From Octopus sinensis (Eukaryota): 25,458 nt of DNA. Under the pieces are notes generated by a model. The model searched no databases and had not been told where the DNA came from. It saw nothing but the letters and a program-made list of their open reading frames with translations. Position numbers and translations under genes: made by a program. This document shows, one piece after another, positions 1-8,967 of the stretch (positions within the stretch are counted from its first letter, which is position 1; every line of letters begins with the position of its first letter). Location of the stretch: contig NW_021836076.1 of the NCBI RefSeq assembly GCF_006345805.1, forward strand, positions 1 to 25,458. Reading direction: 5' to 3'.

Positions 1-115
1 CATTTCCATGCTAGCATGGTTGGACGATTCGACCGGGGCCTGGGAAGTCAGGAGGCTGCACCAGGACCAGTCTGATCCGGCAGAGTTTCTACAACTGGAT
101 GCCCTTCCTAACGCC
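1..115 (-). mobile_element. 3' portion of an RTE-tailed SINE/LINE (runs off the window start)
   Basis: The reverse complement reads ggcgttaggaagggcatccag...aatcgtccaaccatgctagcatggaaatg, the same tail as at 416-475 (+). It contains the 14-bp palindrome CCATGCTAGCATGG (6-19). The RTE assignment is from recollection. Confidence 0.6.
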
Positions 116-414
116 TGGTACTTATTCTATCAGTTTCTTCTTGTGAACCATAATTTATGGGGATGTAAATAAACGAACACCAGTTGTGAAGCAGTGATGA
201 GGGAGAAACCAAGACACACACATAGGCTTACATATATACATACAATATATACAATTGATTTCTTTCAGTTTATGTCTACAAAATCCACTGACAAGGCTTT
301 GGTTGGTCTGAGGCTATAGCAGAAGACACATGCCAAGTTACCACACAGTGGGACTGAACTTAGGACCATGTGTTTTGGAACCAAGTTTGTTACCACACAG
401 CCACACCTGCACCT
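116..414 (-). mobile_element. SINE family A (tRNA-like head), 5' two-thirds
   Basis: Reverse-complement similarity to the complete copy at 11104-11508, including the head gtggctgtgtggtaa...ttcagtcccactg and ccaaagccttg...gtggatt. Confidence 0.8.
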
Positions 415-415
415 A

Positions 416-475
416 GTCAAAATCGTTCAACCCATGTTAGCATGGAAAGCGGACGTTAAACGATGATGATGATGA
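416..475 (+). mobile_element. 3' tail fragment of an RTE-tailed element ending in (GAT)n
   Basis: aatcgttcaacccatgttagcatggaaagcggacgttaaacgatgatgatgatga; homologous to 1-30 in the opposite orientation. Confidence 0.6.
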
Positions 476-759
476 TATATATATATATACATGTAAATTT
501 AAACATAAAATATTAATGGTGAAAAATTGAATATTAATTTGATTAATATGAATTGAAAACCAGTGATGTAACATATAAGACCATAGCGGATCTTCTAGCA
601 AAATGGATGTCTACTATTAATGGTTCATCTCTCTTATATAATAGTTTGATTTTAATCGTTTCAGTATTAAAGTAAAAGTATCTGACATTACAAGAGAGAG
701 ATGTTTTTGCTTCACTTTTAACACGTAATACTGAAACAGTGGAGAAAGTATGATATTGC

Positions 760-925
760 TGTGGGCTTGCCCTAGGCAAGAAGTTAAAAATGTTTTCGCC
801 CATGTCACTACATGGACCCTAAGTAAGTCATGTGTAAAATTTGAATGAAATTGGTTGTGTAGTTCTCAAGTTTTAGGGATTCACACAGACAGACGGACAC
901 ACATTCTCAGTTTTATATATATAGA
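760..925 (-). mobile_element. Helitron-like non-autonomous element, 5' end
   Basis: The minus strand starts A|TCTATATATATAAAACTGAGAATGTGTGTCCGTCTGTCTGTG...aaccaatttcattcaaattttacac, a typical TC-start invertebrate Helitron 5' end. No convincing 3' hairpin+CTRR was found, so the left boundary is approximate. Confidence 0.5.
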
Positions 926-1744
926 TAAAGAAAATTAAAATGGAACAAGAACGTAACAGGTGACATCAAAACATCCGACACATGATACAAAAAGTGACAG
1001 GAAAAAAACAATGTCAGGTCATTGGAAGCTTTGTATCCTCAGTCGAGTTCGCGATCATCTTTGCAGTTTTGGCCGGTGTCTTGATATGAGTAGCTATGGA
1101 TTTCGGTGGGTACTGGCCCTACATCCGACCATAACTGTTTCGAGAATTACTTGCTTGTGATTTTTCAAGATTTTAGACTTCCCTATCGTTTTTTCCAGTG
1201 TCAGAAAGATGGAATTTAAAAAAAATTTGTGGAGTTTTCGTTTCGGCTTCCTTTATTCTTTGTTATATCTTTCGTCAATTAATTCAGATGCGTAAGTTTG
1301 TACTGTATTGCAATGAGGATATATTATTTGGAACCGTGGTTCTGATTTTTGATATCGTATCTCCGTAATTGGCGGTGATACTAATTATACCCTATGGTTT
1401 TCAGGGTAAGTTTTGAGGTTTACGAATGATAACAAATATGACAATTTCTGGGGTTTTTTCTATATTTTTATTACATGCTTTGTTCTCCGATGCTAGCTTT
1501 TATTTCAGTTAAATGTGGGTCATGGGAATATAAATGGCTATTGTTTCTTTTTAATTGGATTGCATATTTCTTGAGTTTCATTAGGTTTGTGATCTTTTAT
1601 GTTGCTTTACGAGTAAATAAATTGTTGAATGTGCGTACAGTAGAGCTTATGTTTTACATTGTACTGTTATTGTTGAATTTATTTTTCAGTAAAACACGTG
1701 AGCTTAGTAAGGTGTGTGTGTGTGTGTGTGTGAATTGTTTTGCA

Positions 1745-2089
1745 CATGGGTTCTCAACCATTTTTTATCTTTGAACCCCTTTGATTATGTTTTATTCTGG
1801 TGGACCCCCGTAGCCATTCTATGTTTTAAAAAACTAGTTTTACAGAAACTTCTTTCTAAATTCCTATTTAGATTTTCACCCATTAATTTGTGCAGGACGA
1901 ACCATGTAAAATGTTAGAGAATTAAATCTGGCTGTTTCTCTCAACAAATACCAAACCTACATCTAAAGCAGAATTTTTCAGGGGTCCTTAATTACTATTG
2001 CGGAACCCCATTTTACTATTTTGTTGTGTGGACCCAAAAATCTTACGTGGATCCTCATGGGCCATATGAACCCTGGTTGAGAATCACTG
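1745..2089. mobile_element. Old hAT(Charlie)-type MITE
   Basis: Imperfect TIRs CATGGGTTCTCAACC (1745-1759) and GGTTGAGAATCACTG (2075-2089), 12/15 match. The TSD is not preserved. Confidence 0.6.
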
Positions 2090-2329
2090 CTTTAAATGAT
2101 ATTTGGTGGTTTTTGAGTTAGTATTGCGTAGACTTTCTAAAACAGTTAGTTTTACAGGGATTTTCGGACCTCTTTCAAACAGATTTATAATTATTGTCGT
2201 TCTTTGACAAAATTACGCGCTATGAGAAATATTTCCCTGTATTGCATGCATACCATTTGACTCAGCTTTCTCCCCGTGGCTCTCTTGTCATTTTTATTAT
2301 TATTTTTTTTTTTTTTTACATTATATCCA

Positions 2330-2440
2330 GGTTTAGTTTATAACGAAAATATGGTCTGATCATGTTGAGGACGATGAGATAGCTTCAGAGGAAGATTTGA
2401 CTGCAATTTCTTGCAGGTCGAGCAGCCGCGTAGAGACCTT
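2330..2440 (+). mobile_element. Degenerate ancient repeat family D, 3' part
   Basis: gaagatttgactgcaatttcttgcaggtcgag...gtagag matches motifs at 7247-7295 and 15715-15770. Boundaries are approximate. Confidence 0.45.
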
Positions 2441-2492
2441 CATGGGTACACGATATTGAAATGTAGATGTTATAGCCATTAAATTTATTATT

Positions 2493-2650
2493 GTTGTTGT
2501 TGTTGTTGTAGGAAGTCATGGTGGTGGTGGTGGTGGTGGTGGTGGAGTTGTAGTCTTATCGTCACTGATGACGACATTGACGGCGGCGGCAGCAACGATG
2601 AGGAGGAGAGGAAGGAATCAGAGAAGGGGATACAGGAGGCAGAAGAGGAG
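2493..2650. repeat. Low-complexity (TTG)n/(GTG)n/(GAG) tract
   Basis: Direct reading. Confidence 0.85.
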
Positions 2651-2831
2651 GTTAAGCACCAGATCAATATTCATTCAGGTGGCTTAATCAAAGATGCTCC
2701 AGCTGTGACCATCCCATCATTTATTCAGACATGGGATATCTGGGACCAATTATTTATTATTAATCTTTTCTTGTTCTTGTTCTTGTTTTTATTGCGGCCT
2801 TCTCTCCTTTAGCTCCGATCGAGTAGATCCA

Positions 2832-2928
2832 GCATCAAACCCGTTCTTGCCCCGGCCACCCTGCATCAAACCCGTCTCGCCCCGGCCACCCTGCATCAAA
2901 CCCGTTCTCGCCCCGGCCACCCTGCATC
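2832..2928. repeat. GC-rich 31-bp minisatellite, 3.2 copies
   Basis: GCATCAAACCCGTTCTCGCCCCGGCCACCCT at 2832-2862, 2863-2892 (30 bp) and 2893-2923, plus a partial copy. Confidence 0.95.
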
Positions 2929-3204
2929 TTCCCCACACGCATCATAATGTATCTGCGACTTCATAAATATTTAAGTCCATTTTTTTAAACGATAGTATAT
3001 AATGCGAATGAGATTTTATTACGATTTCTAACATTTCATGTGACCAGTTACAGGCTCTTGCATTGATACCGTTTCTCTTCCTGATCTTGGTCGTCTCTAG
3101 TCTAGCAGCTGTGTCATTAAAGATATTCTAGAAGGTATTCATTATTTGTGAAATACAGTGTATTAAAGTATTTTCGTCATTCAAACTGCAGCTGTGTGTA
3201 ATTT

Positions 3205-3396
3205 GTTAGTTAGTTAGTTAGTTAGTTAATTTGGCTCAAAAGCAAATAGCAAGGCCATGTAGGGGGACATGGAGTTAAGTACAGGGTGGTGTTCATGTAA
3301 AGAGTTCAGGTCAAGGGAGGCTTTGAACAAAGCGGTCGTCGGCATCTTCACCATCTCGTCTGGCAGCTTGTTTCACGGATCCGCAATTTGTGAGGA
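3205..3396 (-). mobile_element. CR1/L2-group LINE 3' end (pseudogene fragment) with a (TAAC)n tail
   Basis: Minus-strand 3396-3304 translates SSQIADP*NKLPDEMVKMPTTALFKASLDLN, matching the CR1-type ORF2 C-terminal motif WNxLPxxVVxxxxxxxFKxxLD (W mutated to stop). It is followed by a short 3'UTR and a tandem tail at 3205-3228. Confidence 0.8.
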
Positions 3397-3419
3397 AATA
3401 TGGCTGCTATCTTTTAACA

Positions 3420-3635
3420 CAGGGGTGGGCAAACTGCGGCCCGCGGGCCGCATGCGGCCCGCCATAGGTTTTCATGCGGCCCGCCGAGAGCTTTTATGAA
3501 TCCCAACTTCTATGCAGATACTTCGTAACTGTACGGTAATTCACAATATTTTCACTTGATTTTTATAAATGAGGCCCGCCAAGATTCCAAAGACGCACTG
3601 TGCGGCCCGCGATCAAAAAAGTTTGCCCACCCCTG
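3420..3635. mobile_element. hAT MITE, 216 bp, intact
   Basis: Perfect 16-bp TIR CAGGGGTGGGCAAACT; perfect 8-bp TSD TTTTAACA (3412-3419, 3636-3643); GCGGCCCG subterminal repeats. Confidence 0.95.
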
Positions 3636-3715
3636 TTTTAACAGGTACATAGACAAAGGAGAACGTTTCTTCGTTTTGTTGTTTAAGGCACACTATAATT
3701 ATCTGAACGACAACG

Positions 3716-4003
3716 GTTGTTTGTTTGTTCCTTCTCGAGCTATGCCTAGCTCATAAGGGCCGGTTTCCCGGTTTCCTTGGCGTATAGGTTCCCCACCTGG
3801 ACGGGACGCCGGTCCGTCGCAGGTGAGCTACAAGATGCAGGCGGAAAGAGTAAGAGAAAGTTGTGGCGAAAGAGTCAGCAGAAGTTCGCCATTACCTTCT
3901 GCCGGAGCCGCGTGGAGCTTAGGTGTTTCGCTCATATTCACACACATCGACCGGTCTGAGATTCGAACCCACGATCCCTCGACCGCGAGTCCGCTGCTCT
4001 AAC
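3716..4003 (-). mobile_element. tRNA-derived SINE (family V-like)
   Basis: B-box GGTTCGAATC; central CCTGCGACGGACCGGCGTCCCGTCCAGG motif; 3' stem-loop GAGCTA-4nt-TAGCTC (3737-3752); (AAAC)n tail. The 5' end is clipped. Confidence 0.75.
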
Positions 4004-4011
4004 TTTTTTTT

Positions 4012-4183
4012 ACCTTTACTTCTTTCAGTCACTGGACTACGGCCACACTAGAGCGTCGCTTCGACGGGTTTAGTCGAACAAAACGACTCCATAACTTTTT
4101 TTTTTTTAGGTTGTTACTTATTTTATCAGTCTTTTGCCGAATAATACTAAGTTACTGGCGTGTAATCAAAGCAACCGGTTGTC
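4012..4183 (-). mobile_element. SINE family A, degenerate 3' half
   Basis: Matches the reverse complement of the 3' half of 16411-16618. Confidence 0.7.
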
Positions 4184-4199
4184 CAGCATCAGGCAGGTT

Positions 4200-4870
4200 G
4201 GATAAACACAATGCCGAGCACGATAAAAACTAACTTTGGTCTCTTTCTGGAGAAGATTCCAACCCTTTAACCTGGAGCCAAGAAGTTCAGCTTGCTTTCT
4301 CGACAAGTTTAAATCCCACACAAGATCAGTCAGTTCTCCTTGGCTCAACAAATGTGATTCACTTGAAGAACATTTAGGGTCAAAGTTCATGTCTTCTCTT
4401 TCTTTCTCCACCTCTTCATCACTTGACTCGTCATCACTAAGTGTCATTTGTTTTGGAGGGCCAGGTACAGGTAAGTGTTGATTGTGAAGTGCTGGTCTCG
4501 TAGCAGGTTGTAAATTAGGATATTTTACAGTGTGCTTGGATTTTGATGTTACACCTTATATATTCGTCATGCAGAAGTAGCTATCTGAAGTGTGATCTTT
4601 GGGTTCTTTCCAAATCATAGGGATGGCAAAAGGCATGAACCATAGAGATGACATAAGGCATATAGCGTGAATCTTTGGCCCAGACAGTGAGAAGCTTGAC
4701 AGAGGTTACACAACACGCACGAGGGGCCCATCCTGGTTGCTGGCTTTACTGTGAAAATAATGCTCATAGCATTTTTTAATCATTGATGTGAAACGCCGCC
4801 TTTGTGACTTTGTTAAGTCAAGGCAAATATAGCAAAAGTTACTTGCGATGTTAATACAGTTTCTTGGCAT
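4200..4870 (-). pseudogene. Degenerate transposase N-terminal half, Chapaev3-like
   Basis: From ATG 4870: MPRNCINIASNFCYIC...KKCYEHYF...QD/WAPRACC...MPFAIPMIWKEPKDHTSDSYFC...KYPNL...LPVPGPP...LLSQGELTDLVWDLNLSRKQAELLGSRLKGWNLL. It has frameshifts and one internal stop, and is truncated before the catalytic domain. Confidence 0.8.
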
Positions 4871-5123
4871 TATGAAGGTGACTGGAATACGTGAACTTAG
4901 TACACAACCGTGTGCCTAACAATACTAAGAAAACATCTATGACTCATCAGCTCAATGTTGCCAAGCTTCGGTGATAACTCATTAACTTAGTTAACTAGAC
5001 TTATGATTTCACTAGGTTAATTTTATTCATGAACATTTAAATTAGGAATATTTCTTGAACCGTTGGCTTCACATTTCAAGAGCTTTACAGAAATTTAGCC
5101 CACGTAACAGGAACTGAGAGGGA

Positions 5124-5542
5124 GGATCTTTTCGGTTTGAACGGCAGTTTTTTCTAGCGGTGTCATATGAAATTGTCACCCATAATTATGACCCTAGTAT
5201 CGATCTATTGCATTCCAATCTGTTTTAGGGTTAGGGTTAAGGGTGGAGGGAAGGGTATATTTTTTCTTCACAAATGTAAATGAACCCAATCTGTTTCTTA
5301 AACGAGGGACATATTCATACGGCACAGAATGTTTTTTTTTACCTCAATAGACGTCATTGATTGGTTGAAAATTGCCGAAATTGAAGAAAAAAACAACAAA
5401 TATCTTACAAACCATAGAATCTTCTCAATAAGCCAAGTGAAAAAAGATGTTTATAACCATATTCTACCAGTATACGAAGTTTAAAAGTGTTTAGTTAACG
5501 TGAAATTATTTTAAAAAACTGCCGTTCAAACCGAAAAGATCC
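5124..5542. mobile_element. Merlin-like MITE, copy 1 (419 bp)
   Basis: Perfect 30-bp TIR GGATCTTTTCGGTTTGAACGGCAGTTTTTT; perfect 8-bp TSD GAGAGGGA (5116-5123, 5543-5550). The superfamily is inferred only from GG termini plus the 8-bp TSD. Confidence 0.93.
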
Positions 5543-5959
5543 GAGAGGGATATCGTGGAACAGAGAAACTGTGGGTGATAGAGACATTATCTTTGAATTC
5601 TGCATGCAAAAGCATAAGGTACAGGTATTCTTTTTCTTGGGAAAATTTTTTTGCTGACCAGTGTAATCACCTCGTGCTTATGAAGAAATATAGGAGAATG
5701 TAACTAAATATCTTCTACAAAAATCTCTCGTGTTTTGTTTTCTATTATCTAAATCTAAAAATGGATACGATTACAAAATTACAAGACACGAACGGAAATA
5801 CTCATGGAGTTCTTAATACTGGTTATTTATCATGCAATCTAATGTTAAATTATTCTATACTAATATGCGAGCGTGGGTATATCTACGCCTATATATGTAC
5901 TTACATACCGTTGTACTTACATATATAATCATACTTACATACCGCGTGCGCACGCATAC

Positions 5960-5984
5960 GTACTCGCTCACTCACTCACATACA

Positions 5985-6016
<32 letters not shown>

Positions 6017-6078
6017 CACATATACACACAAACACATACACGCTCACACACACACACATACATACACATACATACATA
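5960..6078. repeat. (CATA)n/(CA)n compound microsatellite
   Basis: Direct reading. Confidence 0.95.
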
Positions 6079-6287
6079 GGAAGGAGTGCTGAAAAGTTCT
6101 TGGTTTAAGGGTATCGGGGAAAGATCTGGTTGGGGGCCCAATCTCCTGAGTTCTTTTACAGGGCTTAGGAAAACTGAAGGACCAGGGGGGGGGGGGAATT
6201 TGTTCGATAAAATCATAATTAACTGATCCTCCGATAATTTCATTTATCCAAGGCCAGCAACTTTTCAGTACCCCCCCCCCTCCAACG
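6079..6287. mobile_element. Tc1/mariner-type MITE
   Basis: Imperfect TIRs GGAGTGCTGAAAAGTTCTTGG / CCAGCAACTTTTCAGTACCCC, with TA at both flanks (6077-6078, 6288-6289). Confidence 0.7.
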
Positions 6288-6524
6288 TACATTCATACAT
6301 AAAAAGACACGATGGGGCTCAGAAAGAGAAAGGGCATCAATGCAAGAGCCTGTAACTGGTCACACGAAATGTTAGAAATCGTAATAAAATCTCATTCGTT
6401 TAAAAAGAAAACGGGACTTAAAAATGGGACTTAAATATTTATGAAGTCTCAGATACATTATGATGGGGGGGGGGGAATGCAGGGACGAAGAAAGCAAAGA
6501 AGCTCTGTTATAGTTGCTCTTGCT

Positions 6525-7300
6525 TTGATCCAAGTCAGTCTTGACCAGACTGACCTACAATCGAGCAGATTCCATATTAGATACATCTCAGTGACATACT
6601 CGATGTATGGTATCAAAGATGTTCCAGCCGTGACCCTCCCATCTTTTCATTCAGGCGTAATGTATCTCGGGCTACATTATCTAATGTATAGTAGTCTTAG
6701 AACCTATAGTGGTTGTTGTTTTGTATAGATTTGTCTTATAAAGATTTCCAATCGTGACCATCCCTTCTTAACATGCAAAATGTTTATTAAGACCACATTA
6801 TCGAATATCATTTTCCTGTATTAAATATGGTGTTACATGGAAGGGATCTTTTCGGTTTGAACGGCAGTTTTTTAAAATGATTTCCACGTAACTAAACACT
6901 TTTAAACTTCGTATACTGGTAGAATGTGTTTATAAAACATCTTTTTCTCTTGGCTTTATTGAGAAAATTCTATAGTTTGTAAGATATTTGTTGTTTCTTT
7001 TCTTCAATTTCTACAATTTCAACCAATCAATGGCGTCTATTGAGGTAAAAAAAACATTCTGTGCCGTATGAATATGTCCCTCGTTTAAGAAACAGATTGG
7101 ATTTATTCACATTTGTGAAGAAAAAAAAGATACCCTTCCCCCCACCTCTAACCCTAACGCTAACCCTAAAAGAGATTGAAATGCAATAGATCGATATGAC
7201 ACCGCTAGTAAAAACTGCCGTTCAAACCGAAAAGATCCCATGGAAGATATTTGACTGCTGTTTCTTGTAAGTCAAGTGGCCATATAGAGACACAATCGTC
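6525..7300 (+). mobile_element. Ancient repeat family D copies; the second is interrupted by MITE copy 2
   Basis: aagatgttccagccgtgacc...acattatc motifs at 6616-6680 and 6740-6805, resuming after the MITE at 7247 (atatttgactgctgtttcttg...tagag). Collinear with 15625-15770. Confidence 0.5.
6844..7238. mobile_element. Merlin-like MITE, copy 2 (395 bp, inverted relative to copy 1)
   Basis: Same TIR; perfect TSD CATGGAAG (6836-6843, 7239-7246); small internal deletion near the right end. Confidence 0.93.
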
Positions 7301-7446
7301 AGTTTGCAGTCAACCGTGACAAGAGCGTAAGATAGAAGGGTCCTTCAAACGTTTAATAATCAGAAGTGGGTGGTGATGCGTAACAGTTTAGGAGTTTGAG
7401 TGACGGCGAGTCAGAGATATAATGACAAGTAGGAATTTTTAGGTTT

Positions 7447-7630
7447 ATGGCTCGGTGGCGGTGGGGAGATGGTTATGGTAACTGGTAATGGCGATGGTGG
7501 TGCTGGTGTTGATGCCGGTGGCGGTGTTGGTGATGGTAGTAATATAAGTAGTTATGGTGATGATGATGATGACGATGCTATTGTTTGTGGTGGTGGAGCT
7601 GCTTCTGCAGGGTCTGTTTGTGGTGTGGTG
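7447..7630. repeat. Degenerate (GGT/GAT)n low-complexity tract
   Basis: Direct reading. Confidence 0.8.
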
Positions 7631-7639
7631 GTAGCCATT

Positions 7640-7874
7640 AAAAGGCGGCGAGCTGGCAGAAACGTTAGCACGTCGGGCGAAATGCTTAACAGTGTTTCGT
7701 CTGCCGCTACGTTCTGAGTTCAAATTCCGCCGAGGTCGACTTTGCCTTTCATCCTTTCGGGGTCGATTAAATAAGTACCAGTTACGTACTGGGGTTGATA
7801 TAATCGACTTAATCCGCTTGTCTGTCCTTGTTTGTCCACTCTGTGTTTAGCCCCTTGTGGGTAATAAAGAAATA
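7640..7874 (+). mobile_element. SINE family B, full-length young copy
   Basis: ggcggcgagctggcagaa...gagttcaaattcc (B-box-like)...ctttgcctttcatcctttcggggtcga...aaagaaata; 10-bp TSD GGTAGCCATT (7630-7639, 7875-7884). Confidence 0.9.
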
Positions 7875-7920
7875 GGTAGCCATTGTCGTTGCCATGTTAA
7901 CAGTATTGCTGCTGCTACTG

Positions 7921-8816
7921 TTGTTGTTGTTGTTGTTGTTGTTAAGCAACAAGACGGGTAAGGGTGATTTCACTGCGTCCCTTCTGTAGGTTGGGAGACG
8001 TCTGGCAGGTGGGGAGCAGAAGTCCACTTTTCCCAGATCCGAAGGACAAGGAGAGGGTCACCGGCCAGAGTGTCTGGAGGGGTTGGCATTTGCGGCGGGC
8101 GATGGATCCGTGGACAGTCGTAGATGACATGTCCCGCCGTCTCCTCTCCCACTCCGAACTTTCTGCAGGTTCTGTCTATGGCTCGGTCGATCTTGTAGAG
8201 CCAGTTCTTGAGGTCCGGGTGATGACCCCTTCTAAGTCGGCTGAGTGTCACCTGCTGCTGCCTGGTTAGAGACGAATCAGTGGCTTTGCTTACTTTATCT
8301 CCATGGTCGCCGTAGATCCTCCTGACTCTTTCGTGTTTGAAGGGAAATGGTTTAAGTGCCCGGTGGATCGCTGCGTCGTAGTGGTGGTGGGCGGTTGACT
8401 GGTCTCCTTTAGTGCCGGCTTTTGCCTTCCCGTCTGCCAAGTCGTTGCCGGGGATTCCGCAATGGCTAGGGCACCAGGTGAAGGTTACCTGGCACCCGTT
8501 GTCACTGAGGTTTGAAAGGAGGATGACGATTTCAAGTTCGTCTTCGGTCTTGAGGGGTAGTGATGGGTGAACTGCTTTAATCTTCTGCAAAGCGGAGACC
8601 GGAGAGGCTGTCACTGACAATTCGCACTCTCGAGACACCTTCTTATGTCAGGACTTCTTGAAGGGCCTTTTTGATCGCTTTTAGCTCGGATTGGAAGGAG
8701 TCGCACCATTTGCCGGTAGGGATTGCAAAAGATCGGTGGATCTGGGGATCACTTGGATGGCCGGTGGTGACTATGACGCCTCCATCGCCAGTTGCGTTAC
8801 CGTCTAATGCAGAGCC
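7921..8816 (-). mobile_element. 5'-truncated non-LTR retrotransposon with RNase H (I-group: I/Nimb/Ingi-like) and an (AAC)n tail
   Basis: RNase H motifs GSA...SELKAIKKAL...IVSDSLS/ALQKI...WCPSHCGIPGNDLADGKAK, then LSRLRRGH and a degenerate CCHC knuckle (CRKFG...HVIYDCP). Tail at 7921-7943; 14-bp TSD 12/14 (7907-7920, 8817-8830). Confidence 0.9.
7970..8816 (-). pseudogene. LINE ORF2 C-terminus (RNase H + zinc knuckle), disrupted
   Basis: Track ORFs 8643-8828 and 7970-8638 join through one stop (EVLT*EG) and a 7-nt insertion frameshift after SDSLS. Confidence 0.88.
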
Positions 8817-8916
8817 TGCTGCAGCCACTGCAGCCAGCGAGAAGGATGTTCATACACGCTGACCTTAAAACGTCCCTCTCTAACTTCCCAGTCTTTCCTA
8901 CTACACCCAACAAGAA

Positions 8917-8919
<3 letters not shown>

Positions 8920-8963
<44 letters not shown>

Positions 8964-8967
8964 ATAT
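8920..8967. repeat. (TA)n microsatellite
   Basis: Direct reading. Confidence 0.95.

Larger units (their letters stand above)
4184..5663 (-). mobile_element. Chapaev3-like (CMC) DNA transposon, left part, interrupted by a MITE
   Basis: Transposase fossil at 4200-4870. The putative terminus CACTGGTCAGCAAAAAAA at 5663 is flanked by TAA; CAC termini and a TWA target are what I recall for Chapaev3. Confidence 0.55.

Noticed and set aside
1282-1297. CAG|ATGC|GTAAGT possible 4-nt microexon or start exon
   Set aside because: A single motif match is expected by chance, and there is no supporting coding context.
955-1700. ORFs 960-1160 and 1475-1774 as coding exons
   Set aside because: No recognisable domain or consistent splice frame; the second is AT-rich and runs into (GT)n.
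3960-4003. tRNA gene (also 24335-24400)
   Set aside because: These are SINE heads with a B-box but no complete cloverleaf.
5226-5243. Interstitial telomere or chromosome fusion site
   Set aside because: Only 2-4 units, and always at the same position inside the MITE.
7445-7723. Gly/Asp-rich and Thr-rich ORFs
   Set aside because: A trinucleotide low-complexity tract fused to a SINE head.
7970-8638. Host RNase H1 gene
   Set aside because: The downstream zinc knuckle, tandem tail, TSD, stop and frameshift show it is a LINE fragment.
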